Source: the human T2T-CHM13v2.0 reference genome, Homo sapiens. From it: DNA of 64,000 bases. Location: assembly GCF_009914755.1 (NCBI RefSeq), contig NC_060937.1; one strand, written 5' to 3'. This document shows positions 34,599-58,223 of this stretch, in pieces. The notes beneath the pieces were generated by a model, which worked only from the letters and a program-made list of their open reading frames with translations, was not told where the DNA came from and did not search any database. Made by a program: the position numbers and the translations under genes. Position 1 is the stretch's first letter. The number at the start of each line of letters is the position of its first letter.

Positions 34599-35217
34599 TT
34601 ACTGCAGCCGTAAGAAACCAATCCACCCTCCCACACTCTGTCCTCCCAGTGATCTGCTATTCATCTTTCAGTCTTCACTCAGGTGTTACGTTCTCCATGA
34701 GGGCCCCCTTGATCATCTCAGGTAGAGGGGGCCCTTCCTGCTCTCAACTTGCCCAGGGTCTTTCACAGTGGTTCTCACTTGCCATGGGGTTTCTCCCATT
34801 GTTCTTGTTTCATTTTCTGGTGACACCCACCCGCCCTTGACCTTCTCTTTGGCACAATGCCTAAGCCCTGCAGTGACTGTCTTCAAGGATTCCCAGGTCC
34901 CTTCCCAAAGCTGTGGCTAAAAGTTGTAACTCAGCCTCACATCTAAGTGATCCCCCTCCCCCTTACACTTGCTCCCTTGAGTTTTGACAGGAGGGTAAAA
35001 ACAGACTTATAGATTTGTTACCTAAAACAGTACCTAGAGCAAGCCTTCGGACACACAGCGTTATCCATCAGCAGCAACCTCTCCTTACCTTCTTCAACAC
35101 TTGCCGTCAGAAATTGGCTCTCCTGGCTTCTTCTCCCTCTGTTGAAACAACTCATGAAAGCCGTACAGCTGCCTTCCTGGGAGGAAGGCCAGAATTAATC
35201 ATCTCACAAAATCTCTA

Positions 35218-35709
<492 letters not shown>

Positions 35710-36212
35710 TCAAGCCCTCTTCTCAGAGACCTTACCCCACCTGCCAACTTCAAATTTTCCCCTGTGTAATGGGGGAGATTCATTTGTGTCTCAGGGCTTA
35801 TCCTGAAACGCAAGCTCAGCAAGGCAAGAAGCCCATCCTCCTTGGAGAGCTCTAGTCACTGGAACATTCACAGGTGAGAATTATCCCTCACCACAAACAG
35901 CTTCTCCAGGTATTTCATTCAAACTCCTACGGTGCTTTCCTTAATAGGCCAAGGGAAAGAAATTTTCCCCATTTCCTGAAACATATAGCTTTTATAATCA
36001 GAAAAATAAACTTTGAAAAATTAAATAATGTGTGAAATGTTATCTAATGTGTACCATACCCAGACAGAAACAAGTGTTGTTAATATACAGCCTGACTATT
36101 GATAGAGTTATGTATCAGAAGAATCTTTTAGGAAGTTGATTTGCCAGCATCTGTCAGTGTTTAAATATGCTTTCTCTTAGACCTGGAAATCCTCCTATCA
36201 AGACTCCATTCT

Positions 36213-36500
<288 letters not shown>

Positions 36501-37129
36501 ATTTTTTAAGACTATTCCTAAATGTACATTCAGAAATGTACATGAATATACATGCAATATACTGGTGTAATATAGCAAAATACCACAGAGAGATTGCTTA
36601 CCAATTAATAAGAAAATAATTAAATAATAGGACAGGCATGCAAGGAGTACTGTAGCCATTTTAGAGAATGCCTTAGGTAAGTATATTCTGACCTGAAAGC
36701 ATGTTTATAATACATGGTTGAGTGTTTATTATTCACCTGTCAGGGTTGTAAATTCCCTCACACTGTACTCAGGTGTATAAATAGAATCTTACTCCATTAT
36801 ATCCTGTTACAGATTGCATCTTATGAACTCTCATCATTTGGGGCAGTAGCCAGAGTAAAAAGGTAGTCCAATATCACAATCTTAAACCAATCCAATGATC
36901 TCAATACCATTTTAGTTACTCTTTCTCTGCTTGGCTAATTCAGGCAAATATTCAGCTCTAGTTCTCTCAAAGAGGAGGTCTGGGTCTATGGTGACGGCTG
37001 TGGCTAGGAGGACCTCCTGGCACTGGGAAAAGGGGGCTTGGCCTCCTGCTGGCTGTTGCAGGTGATGGGGGATAGCAGTCTCTGCTGGGGTGTGGTGTAT
37101 TGAGTCATAATCCCTGGGCCTTCAGCTGG

Positions 37130-37950
<821 letters not shown>

Positions 37951-38142
37951 TACTAGTTCCTTCTTTCTCATTTATAATTTAGGCCTGTCAACCAGGTTGG
38001 TGCTCACTGAGGGAATGCCTATTATCCTGCCAGCTATTTCCCACTGTAGATTAATAAACTGAATTCAAGTTTATAAAGCAGCTGGAGAGTTCTGGTTACA
38101 ATGATTCAGCTCCCCAAAGCCCAGTTGCATGGGACATTGCAA

Positions 38143-38913
<771 letters not shown>

Positions 38914-38983
38914 AAATGTTCATTAGTCACCATTAAATATGACTTATTGATAGGCTTATTAACATGCTTGTTAATAACATGCA

Positions 38984-39204
38984 CTCACTGCCTCCTGGGT
39001 TCAAGTGGTTCTCCTGCCTCAGCCTCCCAAGTAGCTGGGATTACAAACATGCACCACCACACCCAGCTAATTTTTGTATTTTTTGTAGAGACGAGGTTTC
39101 ACCATGTTGGCCAGGCTGGTCTTGAACTCCTGACATCAGCCAATCCATCCCCACCTCAGCCTCCCAAAGCACTGGGATTACAGGCTGAGCCACTACGCCC
39201 AGCT
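38984..39204 (-). mobile_element. AluS lacking its 3' end
   Basis: Begins at ctcactgcctcctggg with no tail. Confidence 0.85.
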
Positions 39205-39254
39205 GAACTTTTTAGAAGTAATAGTCAGGGCATTTTACTGACATGAAAGAATGC

Positions 39255-40042
<788 letters not shown>

Positions 40043-40394
40043 AACGTTTATGCAATGTTGTTTAGTGTATGTTTTCCTGTATCATAGGTGGAGATTCACT
40101 CCCACTCCACTCAGATCTATTAATATAATGTTATCCATTGCTTCCAATTAAAGTATCTAATTTAATCAATTCTCACCTTCTTACTGCCATTTGTATAGAA
40201 AACATTGAAAGAAAAAAAATTGAAAAGCAAATCAAAACATCTTCAGACTACAGACTTGTCTTCCTTTGTGTGAATAGAGCATTCATTATCTAATTCCTTG
40301 TGGCTTGAAGTTTTCTTCTTGTTTGCTTTTAGACATTTTTTTATGGGAAGTATATTTGTATTAATACTTTATATATGATAAATGATGAGCATTT

Positions 40395-41101
<707 letters not shown>

Positions 41102-41276
41102 TGATGAGGCAGAAGCTGAGGACCTAGGGTAACTAGACAAGGCCACAGAGAATTGCTCAGAGAGCCAGGTTCTGAGTCACCTGAAATCCTGTGCTGGTCT
41201 ACAGTGGTGAGGGCTCTCACTCCTGGCATGAGAATGACTTCTGGAACCTCGGAACCTCAGCCAAACATTTCTTCTT

Positions 41277-41683
<407 letters not shown>

Positions 41684-41719
41684 TAGATTCTGGGGCAAAA
41701 GAGGTTTAGAGGACATAGC

Positions 41720-42180
<461 letters not shown>

Positions 42181-42196
42181 TCAGCCATATTCTTAA

Positions 42197-42556
<360 letters not shown>

Positions 42557-42625
42557 TAAAGTGAAAGCAAGTTTAGTAAGAAAGTGAAGAAATAAAGAAT
42601 GGCTACTCCATAGGCAGAGCGGCCC
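42557..42625 (-). mobile_element. ERV1 LTR (MER41/MER4-group) R-region fragment with A-rich tail
   Basis: aaagtgaaagcaagtttagtaagaaagtgaagaaataaagaatggctactccataggcagagcggcc. Confidence 0.7.
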
Positions 42626-42667
42626 AAAAAATGTGTTTTTAAGCAACATTTTGAAATTCTAAAATGC

Positions 42668-42798
42668 TCTTTTATGTTTTGTAGAGACAGGGTCTCACTA
42701 TGTTGCCCAAGCTGGTCTCAAACTCCTAGCTCAAATGATCCTCCCACCTCAGCCTCCCAAAGTGCTGGGATTACAGGCGTGAGCCACTGAGCCCAGGC
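42668..42798 (-). mobile_element. FLAM monomer
   Basis: TSD tctaaaatg(c/t)tct. Confidence 0.85.
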
Positions 42799-42919
42799 TC
42801 TAAAATGTTCTAAAAGTAAAATTGTTACCAACAGTGATTTATGGCAAGGGAGATGGAGGAGAGGACATTTTTACTTTCTACTTTACACACAGGGGAAAAG
42901 ATATGTATATAACTATCTA

Positions 42920-43881
<962 letters not shown>

Positions 43882-43891
43882 TAGAAATAAA

Positions 43892-44530
<639 letters not shown>

Positions 44531-44609
44531 CAATAGTAATTATCTCTTGGTCTTGTGATTACTAAATTAATGTAGCTTAAGGGCTTGGCATGTTACAAGA
44601 CAAATTGAA

Positions 44610-45090
44610 TTGGTCAAGTCGCAAATAGTTGAAAACAGAATCCTCTCTCATTAATTTAAGTATAAAGGCATTGACTGAGGGAACTGAAGAGCTCACAGAA
44701 CTTTTGCGAGGGGCAAAAACCTGGACTCACAGAACAAAACCACACCAATTAAAAAACTAACCCGCCAAGAGAGCTGCTACCCCTGCCACAAGTAGGAAAT
44801 TAAGGACTATGGAAACCACAACCACAGCTGCTGTTTGACTATGCCGTCTTTGCCATCATCCATGCCAGCCAAGAGATGATTCATAGCCTGCCTCTCTCTC
44901 CAGAATTTTCATTCCAAATTAAAACTTCATGTGAGTTTATCTAATCATGGAAGCCTAAAATACTTCTATCCCCTAGCTGCAGAGGATTCTGGGAATGTCA
45001 TTTTTAGTTTTCCAGGCTTTGCCATGCAGAAAGCCATGCCAGCAGGTGGTTGCAATGGACATGGAGACAGTCAGTATCTGCAAGAGCTCA
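44610..45090 (-). mobile_element. old MaLR LTR (MLT1L/N-like)
   Basis: ccctagctgcagaggattctgggaatgtcatttttagttttccag. Confidence 0.5.
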
Positions 45091-45146
45091 CAAATGTAGC
45101 TACTCAATCTCTGAGGTTTCTTCCTATATTTAAATTTCTTTTTTTT

Positions 45147-45443
<297 letters not shown>

Positions 45444-45449
45444 ATTTTG

Positions 45450-45499
45450 CCAGCATCCCAAAGTGCTGAGATTATAGGAGTGAGCCACCACACCCGGCC
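45450..45499 (-). mobile_element. Alu 5' ~50 bp remnant
   Basis: cagcatcccaaagtgctgagattataggagtgagccaccacacccggcc. Confidence 0.85.
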
Positions 45500-45826
45500 A
45501 TATACTTAAATTTCTGTACAGAAAAACACCTGCTTTGCATAAAGCAACTATCTTCTGTATAAACAAAAAGCCCTCTCCTTCTCTTTAAAATGGGAAGCCC
45601 AAAGTCACAGGAGTTCCTGGGAGTCCTCTGGGAGACTTTTAATTCTTCTAGATTAGTCAAATTTTGTCTTGATATACTGCAACCTGTGGACTAAATTGAA
45701 AATTAACCAAACCAACACATACAAAATGGTAAGGGAAAAGGGAGTGGGGGTGGAAAGAGGAAAACTCATGTTAATACATTAAAAAATACATTACTAATAG
45801 AGTTAATAGGTACAGATATTGGCTGA

Positions 45827-46179
<353 letters not shown>

Positions 46180-47193
46180 TAAAATCAATTATTTGACAAA
46201 GGCAAGATCAAGGCTAAGTATTACTAACATAGAATGAATTTCTGAAATATAGGAATAAAGCTGGCATTTTATCAAAATGTCTCAATAACTGTTAAAAATT
46301 TATTATGATAGATTTTGGTGGTCTATGTTAAAAGTTGATATAGTAAAGAACAACATTGTTAGCCCCTGGATTGCGTCTGTCCTCACCACACTGCACATGA
46401 ATGTTACTAAATGGTCAATTTCCTACGAGGTTGGAAGAGTAGCGAGACTTTTTTTCTAGCACAGCCAATAGAGTCTTTGGCTGATGGGGATGTTACCACT
46501 GCAGTATGAAGTTTACTTCTACTCTAATCAGAATTGACTAAAGTAAGGACTTATTTTCAACTCCTGGCCTTGGAGATAAGTAGATTGTGATAAAGCAATT
46601 TCATTGAAGCGATCTCGCAAATAGAGGCTCTGTGAACCACTTGAAAATGCTTCTGCACATTTTCAGAAGCAGATTTGAGACAGTTGTGGGGATTTTTGCT
46701 CTTCTGTTTCTAATATTTTAGTATGCACATGCAGCCTCACACAATTGCTTGAGAAAACACTGTCCTTAAACTTTGGAAATGGAAATTTTTTTCAATGAGC
46801 AGTATAATTTATTGGACTTGTAATGATAAAATGTGTTTTTAATACTTCATTTTTTCCACCACTTTCTTCTTTTCTTTATACTTTTTCTGTTCTTTATTAT
46901 GCATGGATCATAAATGATTGTCATTTATGACAGTGAAATGAAATGAAAACCTTTGGAGGTTTTCTTGCCTGTAAAAAATTCTGAGGTGACAGAGTTGATT
47001 TTGTACTTTAAAATTAAAATTTGGCCTCACAAAACATAAAGAAATCTCTTAGAACTTTAAAAGATAAACCCATGCCCTAAACTTAATTAAAAACAAATTA
47101 TGTAAATTTTAAAAGAAACACATTTGTCTCCCATTATGCCTCAGCTCATCATAGGAGAAGAACATAAGAAAGCAGGAATAAAGACCGTGAGAA

Positions 47194-47348
47194 GGGTGAG
47201 GCAGTGGCCTACGCCTGTAATCCCAGCTACTCGGGAGGCTAAGGCAGGAAAATCGCGTGTAGTGAGTTCCAGACTGTAGTGAGCTATGATCGCATCACGG
47301 CACTCCGGCCTGGGTGACAGAGCCAGACCGTGTCTCAAGAAAAAAAAA
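47194..47348 (+). mobile_element. FRAM/FAM-like Alu monomer
   Basis: gagttccagactgtagtgagctatgatcgc; TSD aagac(c/a)gtga(g/c)aag encloses this monomer and the next Alu. Confidence 0.75.
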
Positions 47349-47637
47349 GGCTTGGTGTCGTGGCTCATCCCAGCACTTGGGAGGCTGAGGCAGGTGGATC
47401 ACTTGAGGTCAGGAGTTCGAGACCAGCCTGGACAACACAGTGAAACCCCATATCTACTAAAAACACAAAAATTAGCTGGGTGTGGTGGTGCGCGCCTATA
47501 ATCCCAGCTACTCAGGAGGCTGAGGCACGAGCATCACTTGAACCTGGGAGGCAGAGGCCACAGTGAGCCAAGATCGTGCCATTGCCTCCAGCCTGAGCAA
47601 CAGAGCAAGACTTTGTCTCAAAAAAAAAGAAAAAAAA
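47349..47637 (+). mobile_element. AluS in the monomer's tail
   Basis: Full Alu. Confidence 0.9.
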
Positions 47638-47763
47638 AAGACAGTGACAAGACAGAGGAGTGATAGATGGTCACACACCCAGCCACTGGGGAGGTAGATT
47701 CTGGTAAATCCTGAGGTGCTGAGCATGCACTTGAGAATGAGTGCCTCCCAAGTGACAAGCCTT

Positions 47764-47876
47764 ACCAGGCGCAGTGGTGCACATCTGTAGTCTGAGCTAC
47801 TTCGGAGGCTGAGGTGGGAGGATCACTCAACCCCAGGAGTTCAAAACCAGCAAGGACAGCATAGAGATCCTGTGTC
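47764..47876 (+). mobile_element. FLAM monomer
   Basis: Degenerate left-type monomer. Confidence 0.75.
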
Positions 47877-48419
47877 TTTTTATTTTTATTTTTTTTGGAG
47901 ACAGGGTCTTGCTCTAGCACCCAGGCTGGAGTGCGGTGGCATGATCACAGCTCACTACAGCCCCGGTCTCAAATGATCCTCCCACCTCAACCTCTTGAGT
48001 AGCTGGGACTACAGGCACACTAACTTTTGTATTTTTTGTAGAGACGGGGTTGTTGCCCAAGCTAGTCTCGAGCTCCTGAGCTCAAGCGATTCTCCGGTGT
48101 CAGCCTTTCAAAGTGCTGGATTACCTGCGTGAGCCACCTCACCCAGCCTTTTTTTTTTTTTCTCTTTTGAGACATGGTTTTGCTCTGTTGCCCAGCCAGG
48201 CTGGAGTACAGTGACATGATCACATCTCACTGTAGCTTGGATCTCCCAAGCTCAAGTGATCCTCCCACCTCAGCCTCCCTAGACGGTAGCTGGGACCACA
48301 GGTGTGTGCCACCATGCCTAGTTCTTTGATTTTTTGTAGAATCATGGTCTCACTATGTTGCTCCCACCTTAGTCTCCCAAAGTGCTGGGATTACAGGTGT
48401 GAGCCACCATACCCAGCCT
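47877..48419 (-). mobile_element. two tandem AluJ elements
   Basis: 47877-48148 and 48149-48419, both with internal deletions. Confidence 0.85.
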
Positions 48420-48572
48420 GGTCAATTCATTTTTGATAAAAGTATCAAGACAATTCAATAGCAGAATAGACAATCTTTTCAATTAATAATGCTGAAACAA
48501 AAGACTTGCCATATGCAAAAAACCAACCAACTCAACAAACACAAAAAAACAATGAACCTTTACCCTTACCTA

Positions 48573-48900
<328 letters not shown>

Positions 48901-48984
48901 AAAATTGAGAAAATTTAATCATGTACCTAATGTAGGGGTTAAAACTATAAAGCTCAAAAGGAACACGTAAGAAAAATATTTTTA

Positions 48985-49277
48985 AATTTTTTTTTTCCCT
49001 TGAGACAGGGTCTCACTCTGTCACCCAGGCTGAAATGCAGTGGCATGATCACAGCTCACTGCAGCCTTGACCTCCCAGGCTCAAGCAATCCTCCCACCTT
49101 AGCCTACCAAGTAACCAAGTAATTAGCCACAACTGGCTAATTTTTAAATTACATTTTAGTTAGATAAGGGTCTCCCTGTGCTTCCAGGCTGGTCTCAGAA
49201 CTCTTAGGCTCAAGCAATCCTGCTTCCTTTGCCTCACAAAGTGCTGAGATTACAGGTGTGAGCCACCACACTCTGCC
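48985..49277 (-). mobile_element. AluJ
   Basis: J-type diagnostic positions. Confidence 0.85.
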
Positions 49278-49424
49278 AGAAAAGTTTAATGATACTGTGT
49301 AGGAAAATATTTCTTGAAGAAGAGACAAAGCATGAATTATAAAATAAAGTTTTGATAAATTGGACTTTATGAAAATTTAAAACTTGCTCTTCAAAAGACA
49401 CTGTTAAGAAAATGAAAATGCAAG

Positions 49425-49893
<469 letters not shown>

Positions 49894-50349
49894 TCACAAG
49901 AGATATATGGATGGCAAATAAGTACACACAAAAAAAATGTTCAACATCATTAGTCATTAGGAAAATGCAAATTAAAACCACAATGAAATAGAATTAAACA
50001 CCCACTAGAATAATTTGCAGGAAACAGACTGATTATAACAAGTGTTGCAAGGCTATAGAGCAATTAAAACTCTTTTACTATGTTGGTAGGAATGTAAAAT
50101 GAAACGACCACTTTGGAAAACAGCTTGACAGTTTCTTAAAAGTTATACATATACATAACCTATGACACAGCCATTCCAATCCTAAAGTATTTATTCAATA
50201 GAAATGAATGCATATGTTCACCAAGACTTGTACATAAATGTTATTAGCACTTTATATCTAATATCCCAAGTGTCCATCAATTGGTGAATGGTGAAACAAA
50301 TTGTGGTATATCCATATAATGGAACACTACCCAGCAATAGAAAAGAATG

Positions 50350-50632
50350 GGCCGACTGCGGCAGCTCATATCTGTAATCCCAGGCTTTGGGAGGGCAAGG
50401 CAGGCAGACGGCTTGAGCCCAGGAATTCCAGCCCAGGAGTTCCAGACCATGGGCAACATGACAAAACCCATTTCTACAAAAAAGAAAAAAACAATTAGTT
50501 ACTTGGGAGGCTGAGGAGGAAGGAGGATCACCTGAGCCCGGGGAGGTCAAGGCTGCAGTGAGCCGTGATTACACCACTGCACTCCAGCCTTGGCAACAGA
50601 GGGAGATCCTGACTCAAAAAAAAAAAAAAAAA
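50350..50632 (+). mobile_element. AluJ (degenerate)
   Basis: TSD aaaagaatg. Confidence 0.85.
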
Positions 50633-50968
50633 AAAGAATGAATTGTTGTATATGCAACAACATGGATGAATCTCAAAATAATTATAGTAGTTAAAAGAAG
50701 CAAGACAAAAAGAGTACATACTGTGTGATTCCGTTCATGTAAAATTCTAGAAAATACAATTAACGTGTAGGGACAGAAGCAGGCCAATTTTGTCTGGGCC
50801 GTGGGGTGGGGTGTTAAGGAGGAAGTATTGGATCACAAAGGAGCAAGGGGAATCATTTGAGCCTAAGCCAAAATGTTCATTATCTTGATAGTTGGTTTTA
50901 CAAGTATTTAAATATGCAAAAACTAATTAAGTTATACAATTTAAATGTGTGCAACTTATTGTTCATTA

Positions 50969-51340
<372 letters not shown>

Positions 51341-51590
51341 TCAAAGCTTCATTTTGTTGGACTGTCTGGGGATCTTCTTCTTAGAAAGGAATATTCACTG
51401 CTACTTATACTTTGTCTAATCCTGAATTTATTAATATGTAAACAATTGGTGTTCCTTTATTTACAAACGACACTAATTAATCAAAGTCATAATTTTACAA
51501 ATGAGTTGTCTCCAAGCATACATTAATTGCAAATGGTCAATTAAATTTTTTTGCAAGTCTAATATCTTAGATTTCTTTAAATGTTCTTTA

Positions 51591-52163
<573 letters not shown>

Positions 52164-52181
52164 TGATTTAATTATTTTTAA

Positions 52182-52501
<320 letters not shown>

Positions 52502-53332
52502 TTCATCTACATTTATTTATCCTTCTCCATATCTACAGTGTAATTTTAGTTTTTATTTCTTCCTAAGGATACAGTTTTAATTATTTAACCCAGAGAAGGA
52601 GTGTTTATTATTAGACAGGCCAAGGTTGTGGATTCAGGTTGACCATTGACATCTCAGGACTGAGGACAGAGTGCCTGAGGGGCCCTTGCAGGGTGATTCT
52701 CTAATCTATCACCCAATCAGTTAGGTCCCTTATTATAGGCTGTTACATCAGGAAATTTACAATGATTGGCCCAGACCAAACAGAAAGGGTGTAATTTCTT
52801 CAACTCTAGTCTTTTTTCTTCAGAGTATTTGTCCTGAACGCCTTCTCTTCAGCATATCCTAAACAGCCTATTTTGCAACTGGGGCCTGATTTGGTTTGCT
52901 AAAATCTTAGTCAAGTTGTTTCACTAAAATGACAACTTTTCTTTTTCATCAACTCTTAAGACTTATAAAAATGACAGTGATAACCAGTATTAGGAAGTCT
53001 GTTCCCTGGGGATGTCCCCTTTTTTCGGGAAGGGGACCTTGGGGCTCCTGCCTGGATGTTATACGTGGCTGCTGGCATGCGAGGAGCTGGGCAATCTCTC
53101 TAGCGTGCCACTGCTCCACATGCAGACTCCTCCCTTTCAGTCTGGATCTTTACTCCTGCCCTCTGAAGAGCCCTGTAGCCTCTGATTCAGAGCCTCTCCC
53201 CTTTTGATTTTTCTGGAAAATAGTTTCTACCTCCATAAAGCAAGGGAAGAGACAAAGTTAAGCTGGCAGGGCAGGTGTTGGAGATAATCTGCACAGGTGT
53301 GCACTGGCTTGGCAACAGGTTTTTAACAAATT

Positions 53333-53590
53333 GCAAGTCCAAGATTAGGGTGCCAGGATGGTTGGGGTCCTGGTGAAGGCTCTCTTCCTGGTGTGCGGAC
53401 AGCTGCCTCCTCACTGTGACTTCACATGGTGGAGACAGAGCGCTCTCGTCTCTTGCTCTTCTATAAGGACACTAATCCCATCATGGAGGTTCCACCGTCA
53501 CGACCTCATCTAAAGCTAATTACCTCCCAAAGACCCCATCTTCAAATACCATTACACTGGGGATTAGGGCTTCAACATACGAATGGGGGT
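53333..53590 (-). mobile_element. MLT1A0-like fragment
   Basis: caagtccaagattagggtgccag...ataaggacactaatcccatcatg...ggattagggcttcaacatacgaat. Confidence 0.8.
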
Positions 53591-53689
53591 AGGGTTGCAG
53601 GGAGAAAAAAAGGTTTGTTCTATTCAAGACAATCCTGAAGGGCCATTCTAACATCAGAGCTCACCAGTAGGGCTAGCTGAGTCTGTTGT

Positions 53690-53843
53690 TGGGCCTGCAT
53701 TTATTCACCTTTCGATTTCTCCCTCTACTTATCCTGCTTCCTTCTTTTTCCTTCCAGGATCACTGATCCTAGGACTCCTTAATATACATGTTGGAGGGTA
53801 ACTTCCTGAAAGTCTGTGCCCTAGGGGAACCACACTTAGGACA
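53690..53843 (+). mobile_element. ERVL-class LTR 3' end remnant
   Basis: tcctgcttccttc...aagtctgtgccctaggggaaccacacttaggaca. Confidence 0.45.
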
Positions 53844-53879
53844 GTAACTGACAGCTGTTTGTAATTTATGAGTAGCTTT

Positions 53880-54451
<572 letters not shown>

Positions 54452-54982
54452 TTACGCCTCTTTTCTATAACAAAGCTGCATTGTCATTTCTGAAAGCATA
54501 CGCATTTAGATGCCAACATGTTCACCAGTTACACTCCAAAGCCAGAAACACTCAAAACATTAAAAAGACCAGCAAAATCTTAAAGTGTTCACTGTCTTAA
54601 TGAGTTTTCAGATTTTCTCTCTGGGTAAATAACAGGCAAAATCTGCTGTAATTCTCTCCAAGCAATGGGGCACCTAGGACACAGAGATACCAATAGTCTC
54701 CTTAGCAACCATCCAAAATCAAGTTGCCTGAAGATGAAATCCTGATCTATTCATGCAACAGATCACATGGGGTCAGGTACTGTTTATCTCTCTAGCAGAA
54801 ACCACCAGTCACTGGGATTTTAATTGTATCCTTATGATTTCTTTAAAAAAAAAAAGAAGAAGAAGAAGTAAACACAGCAGAAATGAGACCAGTTACTAAT
54901 GAGCATGCAGTGAACATAAAACCTTCAGCTGGCTTCTTTAAAGCACATACTTTTGTAAAGTGTGCTTCAGAAGCCATTGCTT

Positions 54983-54986
<4 letters not shown>

Positions 54987-55024
<38 letters not shown>
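54987..55024. repeat. (AC)19 microsatellite
   Basis: Read directly from the sequence. Confidence 0.95.
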
Positions 55025-55027
<3 letters not shown>

Positions 55028-55899
55028 TTTTAGGGCTTCAGACGCTGCCTGTTATTCATTATAATTCAAAACTCACAAACCGAGCTCATTAGGTGAATGT
55101 TTGGTTCAGGAGGATTTTGCAGTCACATAGCCATTTGACTGTGATGTGTTTGCCTCACCCTGCATTGCTTTTTAATGAGCTTGCCTCCTGAAAAACCATA
55201 ATACTGAGCAGTCCTGGGGTCAAACTGGAACTAAAGGATATAAATCAATGGCTTTTCTTTTTTTCTTTTTCATTAAAACAGGCTTGCTGAAGAAGCAGGT
55301 GGTAGGTGGTGACCGGTCATATAACTAACTGCTGAGTCCTTGACAGTTGCGGGTCTAAATTATATTTTCTGTCGCCTTTCAGAACACTATTTTATTTATT
55401 AATTTAACAAATATTTATTGATATGTTTTTGATATTAATATGTGTTGGGCACTCATTAAGACTTAAAAGTACAGATAAACAGTGGTATAATTAATTAACA
55501 AAATTTCTTTACCAACAAATAATCTGAACCATGTTGTTTCAACCCGTTTCTGCAAATATAGAAGACTAGAGATGCTACTGGCAGAATAGCGCCCTGTTTC
55601 TCCTATGCATAAAGAAGAGTCACACTATTTTCAAGGGCCAGTAAAGGAGCAATTTTGTAAAATCTAGTGTCTTGTCTTACAAATCAATTTTTCCTTAAGC
55701 TTTTGAAAAGAGTCACTTTGAAAATCTAACCTCTGAAGGGAAAAGAGTGCCATTTTAAAATGACAGCTGTGGCTTTTCCTTTACAGCTCTAAATGAGCTG
55801 TAAAGAGCTGTTGCTGCTAAATGAAGGCACTAGACCAAAGGCCCAAGGTACCTGGTGCCACTGAATAGTAATGGAGTTTAGTCCTGATGGTATTGCAGT

Positions 55900-56137
55900 T
55901 CTTTCTTTTTGCTTTCCTTTTTTTTTTTTTTTTTTTTTGAGACGGAGTCTAGCTCTGTCACTCAGGCTGGAGTGCAGTGGTGCAATCTCAGCTCCCTGCA
56001 ACCTCTGCCTCCTGGATTCATGTGATTCTTCTGCCTCAGCCTCCTGAGTAGCTGGGACTACAGGCGTGCGCCACCACACCCAGCTAATTTTTGTATTTTT
56101 AGTAGAGACGGGGTTTCACCATGTTGGCCAGGATGGC
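55900..56137 (-). mobile_element. AluSc-like, 5'-truncated
   Basis: Ends at ggccaggatgg. Confidence 0.85.
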
Positions 56138-56963
56138 CATTTTCTTTTTATTCTCCTCCCCATTTTGTTTTGTTCTGCCTAATAGCCTATTAATGGAATT
56201 TAAAAAGGTTTCAAGCCCCTTGGCTGGTGGCAAATATCAGCAAGTTTGGGCTTTATAATTACAGCTGAACCTCCTCTGCCACTTTTTCTAGCATGCCCTA
56301 TGGGTTTGTTTTTAGAGATACTAGAAAGACACAACAGTAGATGCCTGACATGCTGTCAGAATCATGCTGTTTGTAAAATACTGTGAAATCTCCCATGATT
56401 TGTGGAGCAATTTTGAAAGTCAAGTCAGGGAATCTTAGACTCCTTATGGAGGGAATTTGTAGCAAGCTGGCAGCAGCAGTGGGCGTTTAATGTATGTGTT
56501 CATTCTCTTACTCCAATTTTAAGTGGGTTTCCCATCTTGAGGGAGTTGTTTTCTCCCATTTTCTCTGGCACCTGTCTTCTTATGCAAAATTGCGTGATGC
56601 TGTAAGTACTCTCATGAGATCGGGAGGTGGGGCAGGGAGTGAAAGCCTAGGGAAAAATAATTATATCAAGGAATCAGATTAAAGAGCTGTGAAACTTTAG
56701 AGCTAGAAGAGGACTGAAAAACTATTTGTCTTGTTCGCTGTTCTATCCCCAGAGCAATGAATATTCAATCAGTAATTATCGAATGTGTACATGAGTGAAG
56801 CATCACTCTTTCCCATTTTACAGATGGGAAATCTGCAGTCACAACGATGAATGATGCACCTATAGTTTCACAGGAAATTGGGGGAGCCAGAATTCTAAAC
56901 TAGGCTTCTCAGACTTTCACATGCACAGCAATCACCTGGGGATATTTTTAAAATGCAGATTCT

Positions 56964-57258
<295 letters not shown>

Positions 57259-57360
57259 AAAATGCAGCTTCTGCTTCAGTAGGTCAGAGATGGGCCTCTA
57301 AATTCTACATTTCTAATAAAGCGCTGAGATAACTTAATATTGTTAGTCCTGGGACTACAC

Positions 57361-58035
<675 letters not shown>

Positions 58036-58223
58036 TCAAACTTCTCATAAGTATTCCTATGTTTAAAAAAAATATACAACTGGCTTTACCAGTTGTGCAT
58101 TTTGTTTTACTCATTAAACTTGAGATTTTAAAACTGGGTTATGTTACAATCAGCCCTTATTGCATCACAAATGAGTATGTGGAGATTGTAAACTAAGTGA
58201 ACTGACTTATCCAGTTGCCAAGG

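Noticed and set aside
46460-46542. Possible plus-strand exon (ttttttctag...aaa|gtaagg)
   Set aside because: Short pyrimidine tract in AT-rich DNA; not distinguishable from background pseudo-exons.
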